Source of the DNA: Alphaproteobacteria bacterium
GTDB taxonomy: Bacteria > Pseudomonadota > Alphaproteobacteria > MPNO01 > UBA830
Length of the DNA: 64,000 bases
Direction: 5' to 3'
Assembly: GCA_965243135.1 (NCBI GenBank)
Contig: OZ251539.1
Location: 3,360,001 to 3,424,000 of the forward strand
This document shows positions 28,801 to 40,565 of this stretch, in pieces. Made by a program: the position numbers and the translations under genes. How positions within the stretch are numbered: the first letter of the stretch is position 1; each line of letters opens with the position of its first letter. The notes below the pieces were generated by a model. The model ran no database searches. It worked only from the letters and a program-made list of their open reading frames with translations, and was not told the DNA's origin.

Positions 28801-30870
28801 TCATCCTCGCGTTTCGGTCCGCGCGACGGCGCGGATATCGACGGCGCAAGCGCCTTCGCCCCGGGCGCGCAGGACGAGCGGGTTGATTTCGATTTCGGAT
28901 ATCCGGTCGCGCAGGACGGCGTAGGCGTCCGACAACCCGGTCGCGGCGGCGGCAAGGGCGTCGACGTCCCGCGCCGGTTCGCCCCGAAAACCGTCGAATA
29001 GAACCCGCCCGCGCAACTCCGCGATCATTTCCGCGACGTCGCCGCGACCGATCGGCAGCAGTCGGTAGGCGACGTCCCGGATCGCTTCGACGACGACGCC
29101 GCCCAGGCCCAACGCGAGGCAGGGGCCGAACTGAGGATCGTCGACAATCCCGACGATGACCTCCAACCCCGACGCCATCTCCTGGACGAGAAATCCCTCG
29201 ACGCCGGCCGCGGACATCCGCCCCTCCATGCCGCGCGCGGCGGCGACGGCATCCTCGGCCGACGTCACGCCGAGCGCCACCCCGCCGAGTTCGGTCTTGT
29301 GAACGGCCTTCGGCGAGACGATCTTGATCGCCACGGGGAATCCGATTTCCGCGGCGAGTTCGCCCGCTTCCGACGCCGTTCGCGCAACGGCGGATTTCGG
29401 CATGACGATGCCGTGGCCGGCGAGCACGCTTTCGACCGGACTCCCGGTCGCGCCCGCCGACCTGAACGGCGCGGCGGCCCCGCGACGCCGTATCGCGGCA
29501 TGGTCGCCCAACGATTTCAGCGTCCTGGCGACTTCGGGCAAACGCTGGAGAAAGGGTATCCCCGCGGCCTTCTGGAAAGCGCGCCCGACCTCGTTGACGT
29601 TCTGCGACATGCGGTTGTGCGCGAGAACCGGCTTGTCCGTGGAATCGCGGACTCCCAAAAACAGCGCCGGATCGCCTTCGGTTCCCTCGACGAAAGGCAA
29701 CTGCCCCTGCATCGAGATCATGTCCACGTTTTCGTCGGCGGCGACGATCCTGCACACCTCGGCGAAGGCGTCGTACCGGCGCGCAAGGCCGGCGCCTGTG
29801 TCGAGCGGGTTGTCGGGCCGCACTCCGGGATCGATCAACGGTGCCAGTTTCTCCCGGGTCGCGGCCGTGAATTTCGGCAAGGGCAGGCCGATGTCGCTCG
29901 CGTAGTCGCTGAACAGCCCCTTGGCGCCGCCCGAGTAACCGACCATCGCGACGCGCGGCCCGGCCGGCAGGCGCCCCGCCGCGAAAGCGAGCGACGCCTC
30001 GATCATCTCGTCCAGGCTCTCGACGCGGACAATGCCGAATTTGCGGCAGAACGCGTCGAACACCTTGTCGTCGCTCGCCAGAGCTCCCGTATGGCTCGCC
30101 GCCGCCGCCCGGCCTTCCTCGGAGCGGCCCGACTTGAGCATCACCACCGGCTTGCCGGCGTCGAGCGCCCGCCCGGCCGCCGCCATCAGGGCGTCGCCGC
30201 GGCGCACGCCTTCCGCCATGCAGGCGATGACGCGGGTGTGCGGATCGTCCGCCAGAAAATCCACGTAGTCGGCCATGTCGAGGTCGAGCTCGTTGCCGCT
30301 CGACACCGCGCGCGAATAGCCGAGGCCTCGCGCCGCGCCTTGCTCCAGCCAGTACTGGAACGTGCCGCCGGACTGGAACACGACCCCTACCGGGCCGGCG
30401 GGGAGCCTGCGGACTCGCGGCGTCGGGTAGAGCAGCAGCCGGTTCGGAAGCGACAGCGCGCCCATGCAGTTGGGACCGGCGATCCGCAGGCCCGTTTCGG
30501 CGGAAAGCACCCGCAAGGCGTCCGCCCGCGCGGCGCCTGCCGGATCGCCTCCTTCGCCGAAACGCGCCGAGAAGATCAAGGCTCCCCGAAGCCCGGCGGC
30601 GGCGGCTTCCGCGAGAACGGCGGGCACCGAGTCGGCCGGGACGATAACGATCGCCAGATCGATTCGTTCCGGCAGCGAAGCGAAGTCCGGATAGACCTTC
30701 CGCCCCCAAAGCTCGGTCCGGCGCGGGTTGACGAGGTAGACTCGCGCCGGAAAGTTCTCGTGCTCGAGATTTTCGTAGAGCCCTTTGGGCCAGCCCCCTC
30801 CGCCGGTGTCGGAAGCGCCGACGATGGCGATGGCGTCGGGCCGAAAGAGTAGCTCCGGCGACCGGAACAT
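28801..30870 (-). CDS. NDP-forming acyl-CoA synthetase (acetate-CoA ligase family, ATP-grasp)
   Basis: IAIVGAS, GPNCMG, QSGG, SHTGAL phospho-His, HKTELGGV, EINP. Confidence 0.92.
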   Translation of the reverse strand: MFRSPELLFRPDAIAIVGASDTGGGGWPKGLYENLEHENFPARVYLVNPRRTELWGRKVYPDFASLPERIDLAIVIVPADSVPAVLAEAAAAGLRGALIFSARFGEGGDPAGAARADALRVLSAETGLRIAGPNCMGALSLPNRLLLYPTPRVRRLPAGPVGVVFQSGGTFQYWLEQGAARGLGYSRAVSSGNELDLDMADYVDFLADDPHTRVIACMAEGVRRGDALMAAAGRALDAGKPVVMLKSGRSEEGRAAAASHTGALASDDKVFDAFCRKFGIVRVESLDEMIEASLAFAAGRLPAGPRVAMVGYSGGAKGLFSDYASDIGLPLPKFTAATREKLAPLIDPGVRPDNPLDTGAGLARRYDAFAEVCRIVAADENVDMISMQGQLPFVEGTEGDPALFLGVRDSTDKPVLAHNRMSQNVNEVGRAFQKAAGIPFLQRLPEVARTLKSLGDHAAIRRRGAAAPFRSAGATGSPVESVLAGHGIVMPKSAVARTASEAGELAAEIGFPVAIKIVSPKAVHKTELGGVALGVTSAEDAVAAARGMEGRMSAAGVEGFLVQEMASGLEVIVGIVDDPQFGPCLALGLGGVVVEAIRDVAYRLLPIGRGDVAEMIAELRGRVLFDGFRGEPARDVDALAAAATGLSDAYAVLRDRISEIEINPLVLRARGEGACAVDIRAVARTETRG

Positions 30871-31063
30871 GTCCGTTCCCCTGTGACAGATCGTGGCCCG
30901 ACGGGCGAACCGAGTATTTCCGGGCCGGGCGGCGCGGTCAATGGCCGGCGCGGCGCCGGTTGCCGCTCGACCGCGCCATGCCTATGATCGTTCGCGCTAA
31001 CTTCCCGCGGTCGGCGTCGAGTTCGGCCGGCGACGCGCGAGGCGGCCCGGGGAGGCGAAAAGG

Positions 31064-32356
31064 ATGCTGGCCAGTTTCGCGATCGAGAATTTCAAGAGCT
31101 ACCGCGACGCGACGCTGAAACTGGCGCCGTTGACCGTCCTGATCGGTGCCAACGCCTCCGGCAAGAGCAACGCCGTCGAAGCCCTGCGCCTTCTGTCGCG
31201 GATCGCTCAAGGCGGCAGACTCGGCCGCCATGAGGTGCAGGCCGGAGACCGCGCGATGCGCGGAGCGATCGAAGATTTAGGTTTCCGCCGCGCTCCTTCC
31301 TTCAAGCTTTCGTGCCGCGCCGTCGAATCGGAGTGGGAGCGCTACTCTATCCGCCTCGAAAGACTGAACGACGGCGAACTCCGCATCGTCGAAGAAGAAC
31401 TCGTCCCGAATAGCGGGGGTTTCCCCTTCTTCCGTGTCGCGTCGTCGTCCGAAGCCGGCGACGACATGCGTGTCGCTTACGACAATTTCAAGCGCGGCGG
31501 CAAGAAACCGCAGGTGACCTGCAACGACCGGATCGCGGCTCTGGTGCAACTGCAGAGCCCGGCGCGCTTCGCCCACGGCCACAAAAAGGCGCAAAGGACG
31601 ATCCCGAAAGCCGCGGCGCAATGCCAGCAATCGTTGTCCGATGTCGTTTTTCTGCAGCCGCAGCCAACGAACATGCGGGGCTACTGCTTCACGAACGAAC
31701 GGACGCTGGCGGGAAACGGCGCTAACCTGTCGGGCGTTCTGTTCAATCTCTGCAAGAATGGCGAATCCAAAGACCGACTCCTCGAGTTCGTAGCGGCCCT
31801 GCCGGAACGGAACGTCGTCGAAATCGACTTCTCCAAGACCGAACGCGGCGAGGTCATGGTCAAGCTCGTGGAGACATTCGGCGCGAGAAAAGCGGACTAT
31901 GACGCCACGCTGCTCTCCGACGGCACGCTCCGCGTTCTTGCGATTGCCGCCGCCGCGCTGTCGGCGCCGGAAGAAAGCCTGCTCGTGATCGAGGAAATCG
32001 ATAACGGCGTCCATCCCGGCCGCGCGGATAGGCTCCTCGACCGGCTTTGGCGCGTCGCGCGGGAGCGCCGTCTCCGAATCCTCATTAGCAGTCACAACCC
32101 CGCTCTGCTGGACGCATTGCCGCTCGAGACAGTTCCGAACGTCGTGTTCTGCTATCGGGATCCTGAAACGGGTTTCAGCCGGTTGACAAGCCTGGAGGAC
32201 CTCCCGGACTACCCGGAACTCGTCGCGCAGGGAACGATCGGCCGCCTTATAACTCGCGGCATCCTCGACCGTTTCGTAAAGCGCCGCCCACGTTCGGAAG
32301 AAAAGCTTCGACGCAATCAAGCTTGGCTCGCCGAACTATGGAAACGGACTGGATAA
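31064..32356 (+). CDS. ABC-type AAA ATPase (AAA_21/AbiEii-like)
   Basis: IENFKSY, Walker A GANASGKS, LSDGTLR, IEEIDNGVHP, SSHNP. Confidence 0.88.
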   Translation: MLASFAIENFKSYRDATLKLAPLTVLIGANASGKSNAVEALRLLSRIAQGGRLGRHEVQAGDRAMRGAIEDLGFRRAPSFKLSCRAVESEWERYSIRLERLNDGELRIVEEELVPNSGGFPFFRVASSSEAGDDMRVAYDNFKRGGKKPQVTCNDRIAALVQLQSPARFAHGHKKAQRTIPKAAAQCQQSLSDVVFLQPQPTNMRGYCFTNERTLAGNGANLSGVLFNLCKNGESKDRLLEFVAALPERNVVEIDFSKTERGEVMVKLVETFGARKADYDATLLSDGTLRVLAIAAAALSAPEESLLVIEEIDNGVHPGRADRLLDRLWRVARERRLRILISSHNPALLDALPLETVPNVVFCYRDPETGFSRLTSLEDLPDYPELVAQGTIGRLITRGILDRFVKRRPRSEEKLRRNQAWLAELWKRTG

Positions 32357-32609
32357 CCAGCAGCGTCCGAAATCGTCATCGTCAACACGAGCGCGCCATT
32401 CAGCGCGGTTTCCGGCCGCGAGACGGTTCGCGAGGGGATGCCGTCGGCGCGAGCTTGTTGTCGCCGCTGGCGGTCGTGACCGGCAATCGCGTCGCCAAAT
32501 CATCGAACGGCAGACGGTTGCAACGAAATTCCGCTATGAAATCCGCGAGGCGCTGAACTGACAAAGCCCGCGGATCCAGCTGGCCGGAACCGAGCTTCTC
32601 GCCGACGAT

Positions 32610-32738
32610 TCAAAGAACGGTCAACGCCAGCAGCCCCAAGACCACGACGATGCCCGCCGTCGTAACGAAAAGCAGCTTCGCGAAACCTTCCCATCCCTGC
32701 CGATGCCGGACGATTTCGCCTTCGGTGTCCCAAGCCAT
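32610..32738 (-). CDS. aa3-type cytochrome c oxidase subunit IV-like small membrane protein (42 aa)
   Basis: GGAGG-AAAA-ATG; MAWDTEGEIVRHRQGWEGFAKLLFVTTAGIVVVLGLLALTVL (H..GW.GF plus one TM helix); below the ORF track cutoff. Confidence 0.75.
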   Translation of the reverse strand: MAWDTEGEIVRHRQGWEGFAKLLFVTTAGIVVVLGLLALTVL

Positions 32739-32903
32739 TTTTCCTCCGTGCCGAGTATTTCGCACGACGTGTATACCCAAATCCCGGCCGAACGTGAACC
32801 GGGCTGAGGCGTTCGCTCCGCCCCGCGCCGGTCGGCGCCCGGTCGCCTGCCGGCCAAGCGCGAGAACGGCCAGCCGACCGGCCAGCCCGCCGACGCTCCC
32901 TCG

Positions 32904-33538
32904 CTATTCCGGGTTGAGCAACATCGCCCGGCCGCGCTCCGCGCCGTCGATCCGCACTCTTCCGCCTTCGAGGCGAACCCTGTTCTCGGCGATAAGCCGG
33001 ACGGCCAGCGGGTAGCATCGATGTTCGGCGGCGAGCACCCTGGCGGCGAGCGTTTCCGGATCGTCGCCGTCGAGCACCGGCACCGCGGCCTGCGCGATGA
33101 TCGGCCCCGAATCCATCTCCGGCCGGACGAAGTGCACGGTGCAGCCCGCGATGCGAACTCCGTCGGCCAACGCCCGTTCGTGAGTGCGGAGTCCCTTGTA
33201 GGAGGGCAACAGCGACGGATGGACGTTGATCAGCCGGTCTCGCCAGCGGTCGACGAAGCCGCGCGTGAGAAGCCGCATGAATCCGGCGAGGCATACGAGC
33301 TCCGCGCCGGCCCCGGTCAGCTCCGCATGCAACGCCTCCTCGAATTCCTCCCGCCCGGGAAAAGCCCGGTGATCGACCACGGCGGTTCGAACGCCGGCTT
33401 CGACGGCGTAGGCCAGTCCGGCGGCCGACGGCGCGTTCGACGCGACCAGAGAGATTTCCGCAGGCCAGGAAGGCTGCCGGGCCGCTTGCAGCAACGCGCG
33501 CAGGTTGGATCCCCGGCCGGAGATCAGAACGGCGATCT

Positions 33539-33551
<13 letters not shown>
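32904..33551 (-). CDS. purN: phosphoribosylglycinamide formyltransferase
   Basis: [34 protein letters not shown]; TTG start inferred. Confidence 0.95.
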
Positions 33552-34604
<1,053 letters not shown>

Positions 34605-34618
34605 GGTAGAATCCTCGC

Positions 34619-35776
34619 ATGAAAATAAACGGCACCCGCGAAGGCGGCAACATGCGCGACCTGCCGGCGAGGGGCGTTCGGCCGCTTCTCGCGGCAGCGA
34701 TCGTTTTCCTCGGCGTTTCCGGAGCCGCGGGGTCGCCGGACGTCTACACCGTGTCCGGCGTCGAGGTGGACGAAACGGCGGAAACGGCCGCCGCGGCCCG
34801 CGACCGGGCCATCGCCGCGGGCCACCTGCTGGCGTTCGAGCGGCTCGCCGCGCGACTGGCGCCGCGCGCCGGACGGAAACGGCTGCCGCCGCCGGACGCG
34901 CCGCGGATCGCTGCCATGGTCGGCAGCTTCGGGATCGACGAGGAAAGGGCCTCCGACGTCCGCTATCTCGGAAAGTTGACCTTCCGTTTTCGGAAAGCCG
35001 AGGTGAGGCGGTATTTCCGATCGAACGGGGTGAGTTTCGCGGAAACCCGGTCGAAGCCCGTTCTGGTGTTGCCCCTTTACGAGGATGCGGGCGCGCTTCT
35101 CCTGTGGGACAAGCCCAACCCGTGGTTCGAGGCATGGAGGGCGTTGCTTCCGGTCGACGGGCTGCTGCCGCTGCTTCTGCCCGCCGGAGACCTCGCCGAC
35201 ATTCGCGACCTGAGCCCCGAGCAAGCGGCGAGGGGAGAGGCGGATCGTCTGAAGGCGCTCGCCGACCGCCATGGCGCGGCGTTCGTCGCAGTCGCGCGGG
35301 CCGGCGCCCGCATTCGCTCCGGCTCGCGGTCATTAACGGTCGCGATCCGGTTTTTCGGAGGCGAACGCCGCGAGAAGACGGAAACGCTGGAGGTCGCGTA
35401 CGACGGCAGGGACGGCCTTGGCGCGGTCATCCAACGGGCGGCGCGAGACGCCGCCGAGCGGCTCGAGGACGACTGGAAGACAGCGAACCTGCTGCGATTC
35501 GACGACCGGCATGAACTCGTCGCCGCGGTTCCGTTGGCGGGCCTGCGTGACTGGGTGGCGATCCGCTCGCGGCTTCGCTCGGCCGAACCGCTGAGCGAAG
35601 CGAGGCTGGTTTCGATTTCCAGACGCGAAGCGACGGTGCGCCTGAGCTACTTCGGCGCCTCCGATCAATTGCGCCTCGCGCTCGCGCAGCGCGACCTCCT
35701 TCTCGAAGAGGTATCGGGGAACTGGACGCTGCGTCGAACGCCGACCGACTTCCAAGGCGAGGAAGACGCCCGGTGA
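34619..35776 (+). CDS. DUF2066 family exported protein
   Basis: Signal-like segment, [18 protein letters not shown]; conserved position divergent from purM. Confidence 0.8.
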   Translation: MKINGTREGGNMRDLPARGVRPLLAAAIVFLGVSGAAGSPDVYTVSGVEVDETAETAAAARDRAIAAGHLLAFERLAARLAPRAGRKRLPPPDAPRIAAMVGSFGIDEERASDVRYLGKLTFRFRKAEVRRYFRSNGVSFAETRSKPVLVLPLYEDAGALLLWDKPNPWFEAWRALLPVDGLLPLLLPAGDLADIRDLSPEQAARGEADRLKALADRHGAAFVAVARAGARIRSGSRSLTVAIRFFGGERREKTETLEVAYDGRDGLGAVIQRAARDAAERLEDDWKTANLLRFDDRHELVAAVPLAGLRDWVAIRSRLRSAEPLSEARLVSISRREATVRLSYFGASDQLRLALAQRDLLLEEVSGNWTLRRTPTDFQGEEDAR

Positions 35777-36339
35777 ATCTGGCCAACGCGATCACGCTCG
35801 GACGTCTGCTGTCGGTGCCCGTTACCGTATACCTCCTGATGCAATCCGCCTACATGGCGGCGTTCCTGGCGTTCCTTCTGGCCGGCGCGTCGGACGCGCT
35901 CGACGGTTATCTCGCCAAGAAGCACAACCAGGCGACCCAGATCGGCGCCATGCTCGATCCGCTGGCCGACAAGGCATTGCTGGTGGGCGTCTACGTCACG
36001 CTGGGACTGCAGGAGATTCTCGCGGACTGGCTCGTCGTCCTGGTGGTCTCCCGCGACGTCATGATCGTCGGCGGCGTCATCCTGCTGTTTCTGGTGCGGC
36101 TGGACGTCAAGATGCGCCCGCTGGTCGTGAGCAAAATCAACACGGCGGCGCAGATCGGGCTGGCGGCCTTCGTTCTCGCGCAGCTCGGGTTCACGCAACT
36201 CGGTCTCGCGTTCGGAAACGTATGGCTGGAGAGCGCGCTGATCTATCTCGTGGCCGCCACCACGGTGATTTCCGGCGCCAGCTACGTCGTCGCCTGGACG
36301 CGCCAGATGGCGGGCACGGAGTCGACGCGCCGGCTGTGA
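35773..36339 (+). CDS. CDP-alcohol phosphatidyltransferase
   Basis: DALDGYLAK...GAMLDPLADK motif. Confidence 0.93.
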   Translation: MNLANAITLGRLLSVPVTVYLLMQSAYMAAFLAFLLAGASDALDGYLAKKHNQATQIGAMLDPLADKALLVGVYVTLGLQEILADWLVVLVVSRDVMIVGGVILLFLVRLDVKMRPLVVSKINTAAQIGLAAFVLAQLGFTQLGLAFGNVWLESALIYLVAATTVISGASYVVAWTRQMAGTESTRRL

Positions 36340-36992
36340 CCATCGACGCGCAACTGACGCTGAACCTGGATCACCGTCCGGCGATGGAGCGAGAGGACTT
36401 CCTGGTCTCGCCCGCCAACGCGGAGGCGGTGGAATGGGTCGATCGGTGGCCCGAATGGCCGGGTTCGGCCATCGTCATCGTGGGCCCCGCCGGCAGCGGC
36501 AAGAGTCATCTCGGCCATGTCTGGCGGAAACGTTCGCAAGCGGCGTTCGTCGGTCCCGACGCGACGCCCGACCCGGCCGCGACGCCGAAAAACGTTTTCG
36601 TGGACGACGTGGACTCGCAGAATCGCGACGCCTTCATCTTTCATCTTTACAACGCGGTTTCCCGCGACGGCGGACACGCGCTGCTGACGACGCGCACGCC
36701 GCCTGCGCGCTGGACCGGACGGCTTCCCGACCTCGCCTCGCGTCTGGCCGCCGTCCCCACCGTACGTATCCGTCCGCCCGACGAAACGTTGATCTCCGCC
36801 TTGATCGTGAAGATGTTCGCCGACCGGCAACTGGACGTGGAAACCGAAGTCGTCGAATACATGGCGACGCGCATGGAGCGGTCCTTCGAAACGGCGCGCG
36901 AGCTGGTGGCCGAGCTGGATCGGGTTTCTCTGGCCGGCCGGCGACGCGTCACGGTGCCGCTGGTTCGCGACGTTCTGGACCGTCGCGGATAG
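36336..36992 (+). CDS. hdaA: DnaA regulatory inactivator HdaA
   Basis: QLTLNL clamp-binding-like motif, EDFLVSPAN, GPAGSGKSHL, PDLASRL, RMERS. Confidence 0.88.
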   Translation: MTIDAQLTLNLDHRPAMEREDFLVSPANAEAVEWVDRWPEWPGSAIVIVGPAGSGKSHLGHVWRKRSQAAFVGPDATPDPAATPKNVFVDDVDSQNRDAFIFHLYNAVSRDGGHALLTTRTPPARWTGRLPDLASRLAAVPTVRIRPPDETLISALIVKMFADRQLDVETEVVEYMATRMERSFETARELVAELDRVSLAGRRRVTVPLVRDVLDRRG

Positions 36993-38072
36993 AAGGCTTG
37001 CGTCAGCGTTGTCCTCGCCGCCGTCGGCCGGAGATCATCGGGCGGGCGCGTCCGCCGCCGCCTCCCGGCCGGAGAATTCCGGGGCTTGGAGCTCGCGCGC
37101 TTCGATTTCGACCCGGTTCACCTCCGGTATTTCCGCGCCGGCCGGAGCGGCGCCGAGAGACTCGAATTTTCTGGCGGTCGGCAGTACCCGCCCTTCCAGA
37201 GAGCCGACCCCTTTGTTGTACCGTTCGACGGCCTGGCGGAGCGAACGGCCGAGACCGTCCATATGCGTTCCGAAGATCTTGATCCGTTCGAACAGATCGT
37301 TCGCGAGATCGACGACAGCTTGCGTGTTTTCGGCAAGTTTCTGCTGCTGCCATCCGTAGCCGATCGCCTTCACGAGCGCGATGAACGTCGTGGGCGTGGC
37401 GATCAGAACGCGATCCTTTATGGCGCGTTCGAAGAGTTCGGGATCGCTTTCGATGGCGGCCGCGAAGAACGCCTCGCCAGGGACGAACATCACGACAAAA
37501 TCCGGGGTGACGGGCAACGCCTTCCAGTACTCCTTCGAGGCGAGCGCGCGGACATGGTTGCGCACGTGCCGGGCGTGGTTCGCGATGAAAGCGGTCCGCT
37601 GCTCCTCGTCGCTGGTTTCCACGGCGTCAAGATATGCTTCAAGGGGCGTTTTCGCATCGACGATGACCGACTTGCCGCCCGGCAGGCGGACGATCACGTC
37701 CGGTCGCAGTTGCCCGTCTTCCCCGGGAACCGCCTGCTCCTCGACGAAATCCACATGCTCGGTCATTCCGGCCATTTCGAGCACGTTATGAAGCTGGTAC
37801 TCGCCCCATCTTCCGCGGGTCTTGGGTTGTCGAAGCGCCTGCACCAGGCGGTTGGTTTCGAAACGCAGGTTCGTTTGTCCTTCCGTCAGGTGCTTGATCT
37901 GTTCGGTAACGGAACGATAGGCGCCCTCGCGGGCCTTCTCGATCTCGCCGATCTTGCTTTCGAACTTGACGAGGCCTTCCCCCAGCGGCTTGACCAGCGT
38001 CTCGATCGCCTTCTGGCGTTCCTGGAGGTCCTTGTCCGCATTCGCATGATGCTTCTCGAACCGTTCGCTCGC

Positions 38073-39720
38073 CAGCAATTCCCGCTAAGGCTCGAAACCC
38101 TTGAAAAATATGGGGCCGGAAAAAAGTCTTTCGTGGACTTTTCGAGGTGATTCGGGGCTATTTGCCTTCGAGCGGAGCATTTTTCTCTGGAAAGTGGTCC
38201 GAAGGCGAGGCGGGATTGTACCAAAATGGCCAGAATACCAGGCATGCGCAAGACGCTCAGCGCTCCGGGATTGCTGAAGGAAGTGCGAGCTTGTTTCGAC
38301 CGTATTGAAGATCCGATCGCGAGCCGGGGGCTGAACCAGACGGACTGTCTGATGTCGGGTCTAGCGGTGTTCGGTATGAAGTATGCGTCGCTTCTGCAAT
38401 TCGACGAAGCCGCGCACGCCGACGAAGCGGTTCGGCACAACCTCGCGACCTTATACGGCGTCAAGCGCGTGCCGTCGGACACTGCGATGCGCGAACGGCT
38501 TGACGAAGTCTGTCCGCGGCAATTGCGGCGTTGTTTCACGAAGATGTTCCAGGTTTTGCAACGAGGCAAGGGGTTGGAACAATACACTTGTCTGAACGGG
38601 CATTACGCTCTTTCGATCGATGGAACGGGATACTTCTCGTCGAACAAGGTGCACTGTAAAAATTGCTGCGAGAAACACCACCGCGACGGTACGATTACCT
38701 ACTACCACCAGATGTTGGGAGCCGTTCTGGTGCATCCGGAACAAAAGGAGGTTTTTCCGTTTGCACCGGAACCGATCCTGAAGGAAGACGGCGCAAAAAA
38801 GAACGATTGCGAACGCAACGCAGCGAAACGGCTTCTGGAAGATGTGCGTCGTGAACACCCGCACCTGAAGCTGGTTGTGTTGGAAGATGGGCTGGCCTCG
38901 AACGGACCACATGTCAATCTTCTCAAGGAGTTAGACATGCGTTTCATACTGGGGGCGAAGCCCGGCGACCACAAATTCCTGTTCGAGTGGGTCAACAACG
39001 CGCCGTCCGTGGAGCGCCGGGAGTTCACGGACGGTGACAACATACGGCACGAATTCCGGTATCTCAACGGAGTGCCTCTGAACGATACGCACTTCGACCT
39101 CAAAGTGAACTTTCTCGAATACTGGGAGAAGCTCCCAAACGGTAAGAAACAACGTTTCTCCTGGGTCACGGATCTGCCAATCGACGAAGGGAACCTGATG
39201 GAGTTGATGCGCACCGGGCGGGCGCGCTGGAAGATCGAGAACGAAACTTTCAACACCCTGAAGAACCAAGGCTACTGCTTTGAGCACAACTTCGGTCACG
39301 GTAACAAGAATCTGTCGACGGTCTTTGCGTTCCTGATGATGCTGGCGTTCCTGATTGACCAGATTCAACAGCGATGTTGCAAACTGTTCCAACAGGCACA
39401 AACGAAGGCCAAGCGGCCCATTTACTTCTGGGAAAAGGCGCGGGGATTGTTTCTCGAATACTTCTTGAAGGACTGGGAAACACTCTACCGAATGATCGCG
39501 TTTGGATACCGGAAAGCAGAGGGAATTCCCTACGACACCTCCTGACCTGGCACCGTGACCGAATGTGCTAAAGCAAGTTTTTCAGGGGAAACAGGATGGT
39601 CAAGGCTAAGTCGGCACCAAGCCGAAGCGGGGAAGGTGCGTCGCGGCGGCTGATCCCTCGGTAACGACGCTATCTCGACGCGCCTTTCGCAAAGGGCGGC
39701 CACCTTAGCGGGAATTTCTG
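38073..39720 (+). mobile_element. insertion sequence (1648 bp), IS4-superfamily/ISNCY-like
   Basis: 18-bp IR CAGCAATTCCCGCTAAGG (17/18); 9-bp target duplication TTCGCTCGC at 38064-38072 and 39721-39729. Confidence 0.95.
38226..39545 (+). CDS. DDE transposase, apparently intact
   Basis: SIDGTG, EDGL, RARWKIENETFNTLKNQGY..EHNFGHG. Confidence 0.92.
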   Translation: MARIPGMRKTLSAPGLLKEVRACFDRIEDPIASRGLNQTDCLMSGLAVFGMKYASLLQFDEAAHADEAVRHNLATLYGVKRVPSDTAMRERLDEVCPRQLRRCFTKMFQVLQRGKGLEQYTCLNGHYALSIDGTGYFSSNKVHCKNCCEKHHRDGTITYYHQMLGAVLVHPEQKEVFPFAPEPILKEDGAKKNDCERNAAKRLLEDVRREHPHLKLVVLEDGLASNGPHVNLLKELDMRFILGAKPGDHKFLFEWVNNAPSVERREFTDGDNIRHEFRYLNGVPLNDTHFDLKVNFLEYWEKLPNGKKQRFSWVTDLPIDEGNLMELMRTGRARWKIENETFNTLKNQGYCFEHNFGHGNKNLSTVFAFLMMLAFLIDQIQQRCCKLFQQAQTKAKRPIYFWEKARGLFLEYFLKDWETLYRMIAFGYRKAEGIPYDTS

Positions 39721-40565
39721 TTCGCTCGCGAGCTTCAGGAAGTTCTCGCTGGTCTTTCCGAGCGCCTCCGCCGCGAGCGCCGTGAACTTTCGCTCGATTT
39801 CGACGCCCATCCTTTCCAGCTCTTCGACCCGAGCGGCATGACTCTTGCGTTCGGTCTCCAGCGTCGCGCGGGTTTCGGCGAGTTCGCCGTTCACCGTTTC
39901 GAGTTGCGAACGGAGCTTTCCGACCTCCTGCTCCAGCTGCTGCGAGCGCCGAGCCTCCACCTCAACAGCGGCTTTTTCGACCGCCAGCGCTTCGCGCTCC
40001 GTCCGGCCGCTTTCGATCCGTTCCTCCATCTCGATCGTTCGCGCCTCCGCCTTGGAAGCCCTCGCCTTCATCGGCACGGCGAACGCGAAATACGCGATAC
40101 CGGCTCCGACGAAGCCGGCCGCCACGCCCACAATGATTTGGAGTTCCATTTCGCTCCCCTTTCCGTTCGACGCGCCAGCATGGCCTCGAGTCCGCCGAGC
40201 CGGGCCCGCAGGCGGTTGCCGACGCGCCACTGCCCCCGACGTCTGCATCATCGCAAGTCGAACGTTTCTTCTGTTCGTTGACGGAAAAACAGCTGAGACG
40301 AGGCGTCCGCCATTCGACTGCCGATCCTGAGCAAGCCGCCTATAATGTCAACGATGACCTGTGCACCGCCGTTGTTCGACGATCTTGCGACACCGTCGGC
40401 GTCCACCTTCGAACTGCGTAAGGGCCGGAACCGGCCTGCGCCAGAACGCCGCGACGGACAGGTGGCGAAAGGGAGAAACGTGAACGGCGAGAACATCGAC
40501 AACTGCATCTCTCTCCTCGATGCTCTCCGCAGATATTGTCCAAATCAATCTGGAAGCACCGTGAT

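Larger units (their letters stand above)
37035..40149 (-). pseudogene. rmuC: RmuC family protein split by an IS (N-part 39721-40149, C-part 37035-38072)
   Basis: N-terminal TM plus coiled coil; C-part RGRWGE, RPDVIV, VDAKTP, FVPGE, ATPTT; halves join in frame at the duplicated Ala-Ser-Glu codons. Confidence 0.92.

Noticed and set aside
40250-40560. Short ORFs between rmuC and hsdR
   Set aside because: No recognisable motif in any frame; cannot be called.
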